This document shows, in pieces, positions 48,598-59,781 of a DNA stretch of 64,000 nucleotides. The stretch covers positions 64,001-128,000 of the forward strand of contig CBDDBZ010000035.1 in the NCBI GenBank assembly GCA_965225945.1. Direction: 5' to 3'. Each line of letters starts with the position of its first letter. Position 1 is the stretch's first letter. The translations under genes and the position numbers were made by a program. Source of the DNA: Alphaproteobacteria bacterium. Its GTDB lineage: Bacteria > Pseudomonadota > Alphaproteobacteria > GCA-2731375. The notes beneath the pieces were generated by a model. It searched no databases and had not been told where the DNA came from. It saw only the letters and a program-made list of their open reading frames with translations.

Positions 48598-49869
48598 CTA
48601 CAGGATATCCGCCTTGGCGTACCAGGGCTCCGGGACCAAACTTTCGATCCCCAGCCATTCCGCTAGTTCGCGCGCCATGGTGGGACCACTACGGTCGCGC
48701 TCGGTGTCGATTTCCACGGCGACCGTCATGCCGGCGCGCAGCTTCGGCTGCCCTTCGGCCTGCTCCAGCTTGATCCTGACCGGCACCCGCTGCACCACCT
48801 TGACCCAGTTGCCCGAGGCGTTCTGCGGCGGCAGGAGAGAGAACTCGGCGCCGGTCGCGGGCGCGATGCTGTCGACCGTGCCGGTCCAGGTGACGTCGGG
48901 ATAGGAATCGACGACGAAATTGACCTTTTGGCCGATCACGACGTGCGTGAGCTGGGTTTCCTTCAGGTTCGCCTCGACCCAGGGCCGGTCGACCTGCACC
49001 AGCGAGAAGAGCGCATCTCCCTCTTCCACATACTCGCCCGCCTGCAGTTTGATGTTGGAGACGATGCCGTCGGCCGGCGCCATCACGTTGGTGCGATCGA
49101 AGTCGAGCTCGGCCCGATCCAGGGCGGCCAGCGCGCGCAGGAACTTCGGGTGATCCCCTACCTTGACCTTGGCGTTGCCGCCGAGCTCGGCTAACAGCAT
49201 GCGATTGCGCTCGCGCACCGTGTCGACCTCGCGCTTGGCCATCTCGGACAGATGCTCGGCCTGGTCGAGCTTGACGTTGGTGCCGACGCCGCGCCGGGTC
49301 AGGGTCTGCTGGCGCTTGTGCTCGGCGTCGAGATAGCGGACTCGTTCCTGCAATTGGTCGACCTGTCGGGCACCCGCGCGAAAGGCCGCCCGCATCGACT
49401 CGATCTCCGCGCGCACGCGATCGAGTTCCGCCTTTGCCTCCTGGATCTCGATCTCGAAGGGGCGGGGATCGATGCGGAACAGCACCTGTCCCCCGTTGAC
49501 CTGTTCGTTCTCGCGCACGTCGATGTCGATGATGCGGCCCCGCACATCGGTGCTGATGGCGATGACGTCGGCCTTCACATAGGCGTTTTCCGTCGTCACC
49601 CAACGCATGCTCTCGCCCCAGATCAGGGCGCCGTAGAACGCCGCCCAGAGCGGCAGGAGCACCATCAACACGAGGCGAATCAGCGGCCGAAAGAAGCGCA
49701 GGGTATGGCGCATCTTGTGCCGCGACCGGCTGGCCGTCGGTCCCTCGGAACGCGCCGGCGCGTCCGCGTCGGCCGCGAATTCCGGCGCGACCGGCTCGGC
49801 CGCGCTGTCCTGGTCGTCGTCCACCACCGCGACCGGAGCATCGCTCTTCCTCGCGGCCGGATCAGCCAT
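48598..49869 (-). CDS. HlyD/EmrA-family membrane fusion protein
   Basis: TENAYV, LF.IDP.PF, AP.DG.V, WVEAN.KETQL, GAEFSLLPPQNASGNWVKVVQRVPVRI. Confidence 0.93.
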   Translation of the reverse strand: MADPAARKSDAPVAVVDDDQDSAAEPVAPEFAADADAPARSEGPTASRSRHKMRHTLRFFRPLIRLVLMVLLPLWAAFYGALIWGESMRWVTTENAYVKADVIAISTDVRGRIIDIDVRENEQVNGGQVLFRIDPRPFEIEIQEAKAELDRVRAEIESMRAAFRAGARQVDQLQERVRYLDAEHKRQQTLTRRGVGTNVKLDQAEHLSEMAKREVDTVRERNRMLLAELGGNAKVKVGDHPKFLRALAALDRAELDFDRTNVMAPADGIVSNIKLQAGEYVEEGDALFSLVQVDRPWVEANLKETQLTHVVIGQKVNFVVDSYPDVTWTGTVDSIAPATGAEFSLLPPQNASGNWVKVVQRVPVRIKLEQAEGQPKLRAGMTVAVEIDTERDRSGPTMARELAEWLGIESLVPEPWYAKADIL

Positions 49870-50362
49870 GGCCGCCAGCCGCCTGTTTTTCGTCGCCCTC
49901 GCCCGCTCCGTTGGAGGACGAGGAGAGTAAATTTCCCTTGATCTGGACCAGCAGCGAGATCAGAAGCTCCTGCTCCTCCTGGCCGACGCCGTCGAAGGCT
50001 TGGCCCCTGACCTCGGCCGCCTTGGCCCGCATGGTCTGCATCAGGACTTCGACCTCGCCCGTGAGATAGACCCGCTTGACCCGTCGGTCGTCGGGGTCCG
50101 GCCGCCGCTCGACCCAGCTCTTTTCCGCCAGCCGGTCCAGCAGGCGGCCGAGCGTCGCCCGCTCGACGTCCAGCAGACCGGAAAGCTCGGTTTGCGTGAT
50201 GCCCTCGTTGAAATATAGATAGGTCAGCACCCACCATTGGGAGCGGGTCAATCCCAGGTGCCGCATCTTGCGGTCGTAGTCGGTGCGCATCAGTCGGGCC
50301 ACGTCATGCAGCAGAAAGCCGATGTTGCGGTCCGCCGACTCGCGCTGATCAAGTCGGGGCAT
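49862..50362 (-). CDS. MarR-family regulator (SlyA/EmrR-like)
   Basis: GFLLHDVARL.R, GLTRSQW, GITQ.EL, DP.DRR.KR.YLT. Confidence 0.92.
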   Translation of the reverse strand: MPRLDQRESADRNIGFLLHDVARLMRTDYDRKMRHLGLTRSQWWVLTYLYFNEGITQTELSGLLDVERATLGRLLDRLAEKSWVERRPDPDDRRVKRVYLTGEVEVLMQTMRAKAAEVRGQAFDGVGQEEQELLISLLVQIKGNLLSSSSNGAGEGDEKQAAGGHG

Positions 50363-50411
50363 CTTTCGAGGGCCTCGGATCGTTGCGCGACGATTTTCGT
50401 TGCCTAAACAA

Positions 50412-50429
50412 CAATAAGCAATCTTATTG
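50412..50429. promoter_or_regulatory. palindromic operator CAATAAG-N4-CTTATTG, probable MarR site
   Basis: perfect palindrome about 50 bp upstream of the MarR start, in the promoter divergent with mtnA. Confidence 0.55.
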
Positions 50430-50481
50430 CGGCGTTCGCGACAATTTTCTCGGCCGGCGGTCGAAGAAAGGAGACCAGGCG

Positions 50482-51579
50482 ATGAAGGTGGGCGAACGAC
50501 ACTATCGCAGTATCTGGCGGGAGCCGGAGGGGGCCTGCGTGGCGGTGATCGACCAGACCCTGCTACCGCATGAATTCGCCATCCGGCGGCTCCGGAGCCT
50601 TGACGACGCGGTCGCGGCGATCCGCGACATGGTGGTCCGCGGCGCGCCGCTGATCGGCGCCACGGCCGCCTATGGAATCTGCCTGGCCCTGGCCGAGGAT
50701 TCGAGCGACGACACCTTCCGGACCGCGCGCGAGGCGCTGTTCCAGGCCCGCCCGACGGCGGTCAACCTGGGCTGGGCGTTGGACGACATGGCCGCCCACG
50801 TTCTGCCGTCGCCCCCGGGCGAGCGGCTCGAGGCGGCCTGGCGGCGGGCCGAGGCGATCGCGGACGACGACGTCGCGACTTGTGCCGCCATCGGCCGGCA
50901 CGGCGAGGCCCTGCTGCGCCGGGCCTGGCAGGCCAAGGGGGAGCGCGGCCGGGTCAACGTGTTGACCCACTGCAACGCCGGCTGGCTGGCGACGGTCGAT
51001 TGGGGCACCGCCTTGGCGCCGATCTACCGAACCCATGATGCCGGCATCCCGGTCCACGTCTGGGTCGACGAGACGCGGCCGCGCAACCAGGGCGCGGGCC
51101 TGACCGCCTGGGAGCTGCTGAGCCACGGCGTTCCCCACACCGTCATCGTCGACAACGCCGGCGGCCACCTGATGCAGGCCGGCGAGGTCGACCTCTGTAT
51201 CACCGGCACCGACCGGACGGCGGCGAACGGCGACGTCTGCAACAAGATCGGCACCTATCTGAAGGCACTCGCGGCGCACGACAACGAAGTGCCGTTCTAT
51301 GTGGCGCTGCCCCATTCGACGATCGACTGGGACCTGGAGGTAGGCGTCGGCCGGGTGGCGATCGAGGAGCGCGCGGCCGACGAGGTGACCCATCTCGCCG
51401 GCCGAACCGAGGACGGCTCCGTGGTGCGCGTCGCGCTGACGCCCGAGGCGACGCCCGCCGCCAACTTCGCCTTCGACGTGACACCGGCCCGCCTGGTCAC
51501 CGCGCTGATCACCGAGCGGGGCGTCTGCCGGGCCAGCGCGGAGGGCCTGCTGGGGCTCTATCCGGAGCGCGGCGAATAG
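50482..51579 (+). CDS. mtnA: methylthioribose-1-phosphate isomerase
   Basis: IDQT.LP, VRGAPLIG, RPTAVNL, THCNAG.LAT...GTAL, DETRPRNQG, NKIGTY, FDVTP; AAGGAG RBS. Confidence 0.95.
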   Translation: MKVGERHYRSIWREPEGACVAVIDQTLLPHEFAIRRLRSLDDAVAAIRDMVVRGAPLIGATAAYGICLALAEDSSDDTFRTAREALFQARPTAVNLGWALDDMAAHVLPSPPGERLEAAWRRAEAIADDDVATCAAIGRHGEALLRRAWQAKGERGRVNVLTHCNAGWLATVDWGTALAPIYRTHDAGIPVHVWVDETRPRNQGAGLTAWELLSHGVPHTVIVDNAGGHLMQAGEVDLCITGTDRTAANGDVCNKIGTYLKALAAHDNEVPFYVALPHSTIDWDLEVGVGRVAIEERAADEVTHLAGRTEDGSVVRVALTPEATPAANFAFDVTPARLVTALITERGVCRASAEGLLGLYPERGE

Positions 51580-51663
51580 CGCCGACGGCGCGTTGCCGGC
51601 GCGACGGGGATTGGCTACAAGGCGCCGACGCGCTCGAGCGATGCGCCTTCGGAAAAGGATCGG

Positions 51664-53343
51664 ATGGCCTCCTACCAGTACATCTACGTCATGCGCGATC
51701 TGCGCAAGGTGCTCGCCACCGGCAAAGAGGTGCTGGGCAGCATCACGCTGGCCTTCCTGCCCGGCGCCAAGATCGGCGTCCTCGGCCCGAACGGCGCCGG
51801 CAAGTCGACGTTGCTCAGGATCATGGCCGGCCTCGAGACCGAGTTCGCCGGCGAGGCCTTCGCCGCCGAGGGCGTCAAGGTCGGCCACTTGGCGCAGGAG
51901 CCGGAGCTCGACCCTTCCAAGGACGTGCTCGGCAACGTCATGGACGGGGTCGCCGAAGCCCGCGCCCTGGTCGAGACCTTCGACGCGGTGAGCGCGCGCT
52001 TCGCCGAGCCGATGGGGGGCGAGGAAATGAACACCCTGATCGAGGAGCAGGGCCGCCTGCAGGAGGCGATCGACGTCGCCGACGCCTGGAATCTGGAACG
52101 CCATATCGAAATCGCCATGGACGCGCTCCGCTGTCCGCCGGGCGACGCCGACGTCGCCACCCTCTCCGGCGGCGAGCGGCGGCGGGTGGCGCTCTGCCGG
52201 CTGCTGCTCGCGAAGCCCGACCTTCTGCTGCTCGACGAGCCGACCAACCATCTCGACGCCGAATCTGTCGCCTGGCTCGAGCGCCATTTGCACGATTATC
52301 GCGGCACCGTGGTCGCCATTACCCACGACCGCTACTTCCTCGACAACGTCGCCGGCTGGATTCTGGAGCTCGATCGCGGCCGGGGCGTCCCCTACGAGGG
52401 CAACTATTCCGGCTGGCTGGAGCAGAAGGAGCGCCGCCTGATCCAAGAGGGCCGCCAGGAGGAGGCGCGCCAACGCCGCCTGGGCTCGGAGCTGGAATGG
52501 ATCCGCCTCTCGCCCCGGGCCCGCCAGACCAAGAGCCGAGCCCGCATCCGCGCCTATGAGGAGCTACTGCAGGCCGGCCAGGCGCAGGGCCCGGCCCGCG
52601 CGCGAATCTTCATCCCGCCGGGTCCGCGCCTCGGCGATCTGGTGATCGAGGCGGAGGCCCTGTCGAAGGGCCACGGCGATCGGCTGCTGATCGACGGTTT
52701 GAGCTTCAAGCTGCCGCCCGGCGCCATCGTCGGCATCATCGGCCCCAACGGCGTCGGCAAGACGACGCTGCTGCGCATGATCACCGGCGAGGAGACGCCG
52801 GACAGGGGGACGCTACGCCTGGGCGAGACCGTTCAGCTCGGCTACGTCGACCAGAGCCGCGACGACCTGGCGGGCGGGTCAAGCGTCTGGAGCGAGATCT
52901 CGGGTGGCCTCGACGAACTGGAACTCGGCAAGCGCCGCGTGCCGTCGCGCGCCTATTGTAGCTGGTTCGGGTTCCGGGGCGCCGATCAGCAAAAGCCGGT
53001 GAGCCAGCTTTCCGGTGGCGAGCGAAATCGGCTGCACCTCGCCAAGATGCTGAAATCGGGCGCCAACGTGATCCTGCTCGACGAGCCGACCAACGACCTC
53101 GATGTCGATACGCTGCGCGCGCTCGAGGAAGCGCTGCTGGAGTTCGCCGGCTGCGCCCTGCTGGTCAGCCACGACCGCTGGTTCCTGGATCGCATCGCCA
53201 ACCACATCCTCGCCTTCGAGGGCGACAGCCGGGTCGAGTGGTTCGAGGGCAACCATGAGGCCTACGAGGCGGACCGCCGCCGCCGGCTCGGCGAGATGGC
53301 GGCTCGACCCCGGCGCATCAAGTACAAGCCGCTCAGCCGCTGA
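51664..53343 (+). CDS. ettA: energy-dependent translational throttle protein (ABC-F)
   Basis: F.PGAKIGVLG.NGAGKS, LSGGE.RRVALC, GNYS.WLEQK, IP.GPRLG, IKYK end. Confidence 0.93.
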   Translation: MASYQYIYVMRDLRKVLATGKEVLGSITLAFLPGAKIGVLGPNGAGKSTLLRIMAGLETEFAGEAFAAEGVKVGHLAQEPELDPSKDVLGNVMDGVAEARALVETFDAVSARFAEPMGGEEMNTLIEEQGRLQEAIDVADAWNLERHIEIAMDALRCPPGDADVATLSGGERRRVALCRLLLAKPDLLLLDEPTNHLDAESVAWLERHLHDYRGTVVAITHDRYFLDNVAGWILELDRGRGVPYEGNYSGWLEQKERRLIQEGRQEEARQRRLGSELEWIRLSPRARQTKSRARIRAYEELLQAGQAQGPARARIFIPPGPRLGDLVIEAEALSKGHGDRLLIDGLSFKLPPGAIVGIIGPNGVGKTTLLRMITGEETPDRGTLRLGETVQLGYVDQSRDDLAGGSSVWSEISGGLDELELGKRRVPSRAYCSWFGFRGADQQKPVSQLSGGERNRLHLAKMLKSGANVILLDEPTNDLDVDTLRALEEALLEFAGCALLVSHDRWFLDRIANHILAFEGDSRVEWFEGNHEAYEADRRRRLGEMAARPRRIKYKPLSR

Positions 53344-53453
53344 AGGAAGAGTCGGGCTCGAAAGTCCACTAGACCTCGGCGCGACGGGCGCGCGGCGGAT
53401 TCCGTGATGAAATGCGCTATAATCGTGGGCGCGCGAGGTTGCGGAGGCATCAG

Positions 53454-55088
53454 GTGGCGAAATTGCCCGACAGCGAGAAAAGCTCGGTCGGCTGGACCGG
53501 CCAGGTGGCCGATCGGCCGAACCTGGGCGTGCCCGTGGTGCTGCTGCTGATGGTCAGCACCGTGATGATGACCGTGCTGACCTTTGCCGGCGCCGCCAGG
53601 CTCGATCGTAACGCCGAGAGCTCGGCCCAGGCGATGGCCCAATCACTGCTGCTGCAGGCCCGTCGTGATCTCGCGCAATCGGCGCTCGACGTCGCCGGCA
53701 CCGGCGAGTTCGCGCACCGGCTCGCCGGTGATGGGCAAGAGGCCTGGCTCGCGAACTACCTGGGCGAACAGCTTCGCCACCCCCTCGGTCTCGACAGCGG
53801 CTGGATCCTGGACGGCGATAATCGCCCCCGGATCGGCTTCATCGGCGATCGACCGGCCGCGGCCGATCCGTTCGACGTGATGCCGTCCGGGCTCGTCGAC
53901 CTGGTCGCGGCGGCGCGACGCGAGCCCTCTCCCGCCACGACGGGGCACCATGGCCTGCTGCTGTTCGATGGCGCGATCCACGTGGTGGCCACGGTGGCGG
54001 TCGATTTGCCGGACACGCCGGGTTGGAAGCGGTCGGTCCTGGTCTTCACCAAGGCCCTCGAGGGGTCCTATCTATCGAAGCTGGAGGCGCTCAATTTCGT
54101 CGACGAGGTTGCCCTTGTCGGCACGCTCCCGGAGCCCCTGCCACCGACACCGCCGTCGGGTCTGTTCGACCCGGAGGGCAGGATTCTCGGCTACCTCAGC
54201 CTAGAAATCGTGCCGCCGGGAACCGATCTCTTAAAGCAGATCTGGCCGGCCGTGGCGAGCGCTTTCGCCTCCATGCTGCTGCTGGTCGGCCTCTTCGTGC
54301 GCCGCGTGGATCGGGCCCGCCAGCAGCGTCGACGGCTCGAGGAATCGCTGGATCGCGAGCGCGATCTGCGCCAGATCAAATCCCGCTTCGTCAACATGGT
54401 CAGCCACGAGATCCGCACGCCGCTGACGACGATCCGGGCGGCCACGGATCTCCTCGAGCGCTACGGCGAGCGGATGGAACGGGGCGAGCGGAGCCGAGAA
54501 TTGGCCGCGATCCAACACGAAATCGACGTCATAACCGTGCTGGTCGAAGACGTGATGGCAATCGGTCGCACCGAGGGCGAGGACTTCAGCCTGCGGCGGC
54601 GGGCGACCGACCCGGCGGAATTCACCAAGCGGATTTGGGAGGAGTTGGCCCGCGCCCACGGGACCACGCGACGGCTCGATCTCGATAGCGCGGAGGTGGG
54701 CGGCGAACTCGATCTCGACCCGACCTTGTTGAGGCCCATCCTCGCCAACCTGCTGGGCAACGCAATCAAGTTCTCGCCCGAGAACCAGCCCATCCATGTT
54801 CGACTGGCGAGCGACGAGAGGGAGCTCACACTCTCCGTCCGCGACCACGGGATCGGTATCCCCGCCGACCAGATGGAGGCGGTCTTCACGCCTTTTCATC
54901 GCGCCGACAACGTGGGCGCCGTTTCCGGCAGCGGCCTGGGGTTGACCATAACCAAGCAGGCGGTGGAACGTCACGGCGGGGTCTTGAAGATAGAGAGCAC
55001 CGTCGGCGAGGGGACGCGGGTGTTCGTGCGCCTGCCGCTGGTGGTGGACGGCGAGGACGCGACCGGGAGCGAGGCGGAGGTGGCCTGA
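53454..55088 (+). CDS. sensor histidine kinase with CHASE4-like periplasmic domain
   Basis: two TMs, H-box VSHEIRTPL, NL..NAIKFS, D.GIGI, GSGLGL; start approximate. Confidence 0.88.
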   Translation: MAKLPDSEKSSVGWTGQVADRPNLGVPVVLLLMVSTVMMTVLTFAGAARLDRNAESSAQAMAQSLLLQARRDLAQSALDVAGTGEFAHRLAGDGQEAWLANYLGEQLRHPLGLDSGWILDGDNRPRIGFIGDRPAAADPFDVMPSGLVDLVAAARREPSPATTGHHGLLLFDGAIHVVATVAVDLPDTPGWKRSVLVFTKALEGSYLSKLEALNFVDEVALVGTLPEPLPPTPPSGLFDPEGRILGYLSLEIVPPGTDLLKQIWPAVASAFASMLLLVGLFVRRVDRARQQRRRLEESLDRERDLRQIKSRFVNMVSHEIRTPLTTIRAATDLLERYGERMERGERSRELAAIQHEIDVITVLVEDVMAIGRTEGEDFSLRRRATDPAEFTKRIWEELARAHGTTRRLDLDSAEVGGELDLDPTLLRPILANLLGNAIKFSPENQPIHVRLASDERELTLSVRDHGIGIPADQMEAVFTPFHRADNVGAVSGSGLGLTITKQAVERHGGVLKIESTVGEGTRVFVRLPLVVDGEDATGSEAEVA

Positions 55089-55091
55089 ATC

Positions 55092-55505
<414 letters not shown>

Positions 55506-55682
55506 GGCTTCGGCGCCTCGACCCAGGGGCGTTACACCAACCGCCATGAATGGCGGCCGGGACTTACGTCGATTGGCACGACAACACTCGTTGCAACGGC
55601 TCGTCCCAGTCGATAAAGAAAGCCACGCCGGGGGGCGATAACCGAGCGCCGTCGGGCCGGACACAAGCGAAGGGGGGGACGG

Positions 55683-57323
55683 ATGCGCGGATTGATGCAG
55701 GACCGGCCGCTTCTGATCTCGTCGCTGATCGACTATGCGGCCGAATACCACGGCGCAACCGAGATCGTCTCGAGGACGGTCGAGGGTCCGATTCATCGCC
55801 ATGACTATGGCGCGGCGCGGCGCCGCGCCATGCGGCTCGCGAACGCGTTGCAGGCCCTCGGCGTCGGCCAGGGTGATCGGATCGGCACGCTCGCCTGGAA
55901 CGGCTACCGCCACTTCGAGCTCTATTACGCCGTCTCCGGCATGGGCGCGGTGCTGCACACCATCAACCCGCGGCTCTTCGCGGAGCAGATTGTCTACATC
56001 GCCAATCATGCGGAGGACCGCTACATCTTTGCCGACCTCACCTTCGTGGCGCTGCTGGAGCAACTGGCGCCCGAGCTCGAAGGGGTCGCCGGCATCGTCG
56101 TGATGACCGACGAGGCGCATATGCCGGAAACGAACCTCGCGAACGTCCACTGTTACGAGACCCTGCTCGCCGGCGGCGCGGAAAGCTTCGATTGGCCGGC
56201 GTTGGACGAGAACGCCGCCTCCTCGCTCTGCTACACCTCGGGCACGACGGGAAACCCCAAGGGCGTGCTCTACAGCCATCGCTCGACCGTGCTGCACACC
56301 TATGCCGCCTGCATGCGCGACGTCATCGGGCTGGGCGCCGACGACGTGGTGATGCCGGTGGTGCCGATGTTCCACGCCAATTCCTGGGGCATCGCCTACG
56401 CCGCGCCGATGTCGGGCGCCAAGCTGGTGCTGCCGGGGCCCAGGATGGATGGCGCCAGCATTCACGAGCTGATGCGGGGGGAACGGGTCACCGTCTCCGC
56501 CGGCGTGCCGACGGTCTGGCTGATGTTGCTGCAATATTTGCGCGAGAGCGGCGAGAGCTTGCGCGATTTCAAGCGCTGCGTGATCGGCGGCTCGGCGGCG
56601 CCGCGCTCGATGATCGAGGCCTTCGAGACCGAGTACGACACCACCGTGCTGCATGCCTGGGGGATGACCGAGATGAGCCCCTTGGGCGTCGTCGGCACGA
56701 TGACGCCGGAGTTACTGCAACTGCCCTACGAACGCCAGCTCGACTACAAGGAAAAACAGGGTCGCGGCGTCTACGGCGTCGAGATGAAGATTATCGACGA
56801 CGACGGCAACGAGCTGCCACGCGACGGCGAGGCCTTCGGCCATCTGATGGCACGCGGGCCCTGGATCGCCAAGAGCTACTTCAAGGGCGAGGGTGGCGAG
56901 ATCCTGGACGGCGAGGATTGGTTCGATACCGGTGACGTCGCCACGCTCGACCCGTTGGGCTTCATGCACATCACCGACCGGGCCAAGGACGTCATCAAAT
57001 CGGGCGGCGAGTGGATCAGCTCGATCGACCTGGAGAACCTGGCGGTCGGCCATCCGGGCGTCGCCGAGGCGGCGGTGATCGGCGTGCCGCACCCGAAATG
57101 GGCCGAGCGGCCGCTGCTGATCGTGGTCCGCGCCGCTGGAGCCGAGCTCGGGGCCGCCGACCTGCTGAGGTACATGGACGGCAGAATCGCCAAGTGGTGG
57201 ATGCCGGACGACGTCGTCTTCGTCGAGGAGATCCCGCATACCGCGACCGGCAAGATCCAGAAGGTGCGCCTGCGCGAGCAATTCAAGGACCACCGGCTGC
57301 CGACCGTCGACGCGGCGCAATAG
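55683..57323 (+). CDS. medium/long-chain acyl-CoA ligase (AlkK/DmdB-like)
   Basis: [55 protein letters not shown]. Confidence 0.92.
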   Translation: MRGLMQDRPLLISSLIDYAAEYHGATEIVSRTVEGPIHRHDYGAARRRAMRLANALQALGVGQGDRIGTLAWNGYRHFELYYAVSGMGAVLHTINPRLFAEQIVYIANHAEDRYIFADLTFVALLEQLAPELEGVAGIVVMTDEAHMPETNLANVHCYETLLAGGAESFDWPALDENAASSLCYTSGTTGNPKGVLYSHRSTVLHTYAACMRDVIGLGADDVVMPVVPMFHANSWGIAYAAPMSGAKLVLPGPRMDGASIHELMRGERVTVSAGVPTVWLMLLQYLRESGESLRDFKRCVIGGSAAPRSMIEAFETEYDTTVLHAWGMTEMSPLGVVGTMTPELLQLPYERQLDYKEKQGRGVYGVEMKIIDDDGNELPRDGEAFGHLMARGPWIAKSYFKGEGGEILDGEDWFDTGDVATLDPLGFMHITDRAKDVIKSGGEWISSIDLENLAVGHPGVAEAAVIGVPHPKWAERPLLIVVRAAGAELGAADLLRYMDGRIAKWWMPDDVVFVEEIPHTATGKIQKVRLREQFKDHRLPTVDAAQ

Positions 57324-57730
57324 CCGCCGTCGACGGTTGGTCTGTGGCCGGTGGGCATCTCGGCGCGGGAAAGTCTGAAATGCCGCTAAAATTTTCGCAA
57401 AATTCGACGCGATTGCCGACCGGTGCCAGTGACGGCGGTCATTGTCGAAAGGGCGAGGGAACCCCAGATTGAAGGGAGGCCGCGCGGGCGTCGCGCCCCG
57501 GGCGAGAGATCAAGGGCGAGGAGGCTTGGAATTGTCCGACAAAGCCCGACGTCGAGAGTTCGCGAGGCCGGAAAACTTTCCGTTTCGCCACCACCATGGT
57601 GCTATCCGGCGGGGCGTCGAGGAGGGCTTGAGGGACGATTCACGAGGATTGAGAAATGACCGATAGTTCGAAGCGCCGCCGGGGGGCGGAGACCCGTGCA
57701 CCGGGAGGCGGCCACCCCCGTGGAAAATTC

Positions 57731-59248
57731 ATGGCCGACATGCGCCGCTTCGCCCGCGATCGCGGCGGTGCGGGCGCGATCATGTTCGCCTTCGCGCTGC
57801 CGATCATGATCCTCTTCACCGCCCTCGCGGCCGAGGTGGGCGTGTGGTATGTCGAGAAGCGTCGACTCCAGGAGGCCGCCGACTCGGGCGCGCTGATGGG
57901 CGCCTTCGAGGTCAGAAGCGACAGCACCCTCACCGAGGCAGGTCTGCAGACGCCGGTGGAAAATGCCGTCGAGAACAGCTATTCGCGGATCGACACCGAA
58001 GGCAGTATGAGCGAAGTCACGGTCAACTTCCCGCCACACCAGGGCAGCTTCACGGCTGATGTGGCGGCGGTCGAAGTGATCATCGACCGCGACCATCCAA
58101 CCTTTTTCCTGCAGCTTATCGGCCGGACGTCGATCCCGATGAACGCCCGCGCGGTGGCGACGCAAAACCCCTACGGAGGTATCGCCGACGCCTGTATCCT
58201 GGCCCTCGGTACTGGCGCCTGCCCGGCGATCAACATCGCCGGTAACTCGAATGTCCAATTGACGGATTGTGCGATACATTCAAACGGGCCGTGCGACCCG
58301 GCGGTGGATTTAGACGGTACCGTCACCATTGTTGCGGATTGCATCACAGCGAGCACCAGCCTGCATAGCGACGTGACGGACGCTTACGTAGGCGACATTG
58401 CCGACTACGATGGATCCACCTCCGGCATCTACATGGACTGCGGCAATTATCCCCCGCCCATGGGCCCAATTACCGATCCGTTCGTAGGTTTGACGTATAA
58501 CGATCCAGTCGGCATGTGCGACCCCACCTTCGCCTACCTGGAAGAAAAGCATTGGCTGATCAACTTCGCCGAAATGCTCAACCCGATTCCGGCGGCACGC
58601 GCCGGCAACCACGGCGGCGGCGGTGGCGGCTTGGCGACCGAGATCGGCCCCGGCTTCTACTGCGGCGGCGTGATCAACGCCGATTTCGATCTGCTTCCGG
58701 GCGTCTACTACTTCAGCGGCAATACCACCTTTCACGGCACTATCGCCAGCAAGGCGGACGCCAACGGCGTCGAAGGCGTCGTCATAATCATGGTCGACCC
58801 GAACGATTCCACCGCAAGGTTCGATTTAAGTATCAATGGCGACGCCGCGACGCCGCTGAAGGCGCCGACCCTCACCGACATCCAGAATGACCTCATGAAC
58901 GGCACGAACTACTACGCCGCGCTCGCTGGCGAACAAAGCACCAGGACGGGCAGGGAGGCCTGGGCCGGGATGCTCTATTACGCCGCCAATCCGGCCAGCA
59001 ATTCCTGCACCACGTTCAACGGAAACTCCGAGCTCGCCTTTCAGGGCGCCGTATACCAACCCGAGGGCTGCATGAAGTTCGCCGGCACGACCGACGCCAG
59101 CGGCAGTTCGTGCCTGTTCTTGGTAGGGGAAGAGATCAGAATTAGCGGCACCGCGGGCTTGGACGTCACTGGCTGCGGCACGCAATTCGGCCTCGGAGGC
59201 GGCAGCTTCGGCGCTTCGGGCGTACAGTCGGTCGGACTGGTCGAATAG
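57731..59248 (+). CDS. TadG-like pilus-associated protein
   Basis: D.GG..AIMFA prepilin-like TM, RLQ.AAD..A..GA, A.A.A...AC(I)LAL, PG.Y repeats, terminal LVE; alternative start at 57656. Confidence 0.8.
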   Translation: MADMRRFARDRGGAGAIMFAFALPIMILFTALAAEVGVWYVEKRRLQEAADSGALMGAFEVRSDSTLTEAGLQTPVENAVENSYSRIDTEGSMSEVTVNFPPHQGSFTADVAAVEVIIDRDHPTFFLQLIGRTSIPMNARAVATQNPYGGIADACILALGTGACPAINIAGNSNVQLTDCAIHSNGPCDPAVDLDGTVTIVADCITASTSLHSDVTDAYVGDIADYDGSTSGIYMDCGNYPPPMGPITDPFVGLTYNDPVGMCDPTFAYLEEKHWLINFAEMLNPIPAARAGNHGGGGGGLATEIGPGFYCGGVINADFDLLPGVYYFSGNTTFHGTIASKADANGVEGVVIIMVDPNDSTARFDLSINGDAATPLKAPTLTDIQNDLMNGTNYYAALAGEQSTRTGREAWAGMLYYAANPASNSCTTFNGNSELAFQGAVYQPEGCMKFAGTTDASGSSCLFLVGEEIRISGTAGLDVTGCGTQFGLGGGSFGASGVQSVGLVE

Positions 59249-59249
59249 G

Positions 59250-59771
59250 ATGGTGGCAATGCGGAACGGGGACAGGACGAAGAGGCGGCCCGGATTGCTC
59301 GCCAGGTTGCTTGCCGATCATCGAGGCTCCATCGCGGTCGAGGGCGCCTTCGTCGTAATTGCGCTGATGGCCTTGATGATGCCGTTGGTCGACTTCTCCC
59401 GCTATGTCTCGACGCAGGTGGAGTTGAAACAGGCGCTCAGGGCCGGTGCCCAATACGCTCTCTACGACAGCAAAGCCACGGCCTCCGGCAACAACGGCCC
59501 CATCGAACAGGCGATCATCGCCGCAACCAACGTGACGATTACGGCCTCCGACATCACCATCGATCCCTTGAGCTGCGAGTGCACCGACGGAACCGCCACG
59601 GTTTGCGTCGGCGAGGCGAGCTATACCGGCTGTGGTACCGGTGGCCTGATCGCGCCGGCGCATTTCATGACGATCACCGTCTCGGTCACCTTCGATCCGT
59701 TCTTCCCGCATCTACCCTGGTTCTCGGAAAATATGACGTTGAGTGAAAAATTGACCATGCGGGTCAGGTGA
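59250..59771 (+). CDS. TadE/TadF-like pseudopilin
   Basis: DHRG/SIAVE prepilin motif, TM, A.RAGAQYA, C.C.DG. Confidence 0.82.
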   Translation: MVAMRNGDRTKRRPGLLARLLADHRGSIAVEGAFVVIALMALMMPLVDFSRYVSTQVELKQALRAGAQYALYDSKATASGNNGPIEQAIIAATNVTITASDITIDPLSCECTDGTATVCVGEASYTGCGTGGLIAPAHFMTITVSVTFDPFFPHLPWFSENMTLSEKLTMRVR

Positions 59772-59781
59772 GGTGTGGACA

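Noticed and set aside
55574-55596. Sigma-54 promoter-like TGGCAC...TTGCA upstream of the acyl-CoA ligase
   Set aside because: The -24/-12 spacing is too long
57324-57655. c-di-GMP or other riboswitch upstream of the Tad cassette
   Set aside because: No recognisable conserved aptamer motif by eye; an Rfam/Infernal scan would be needed
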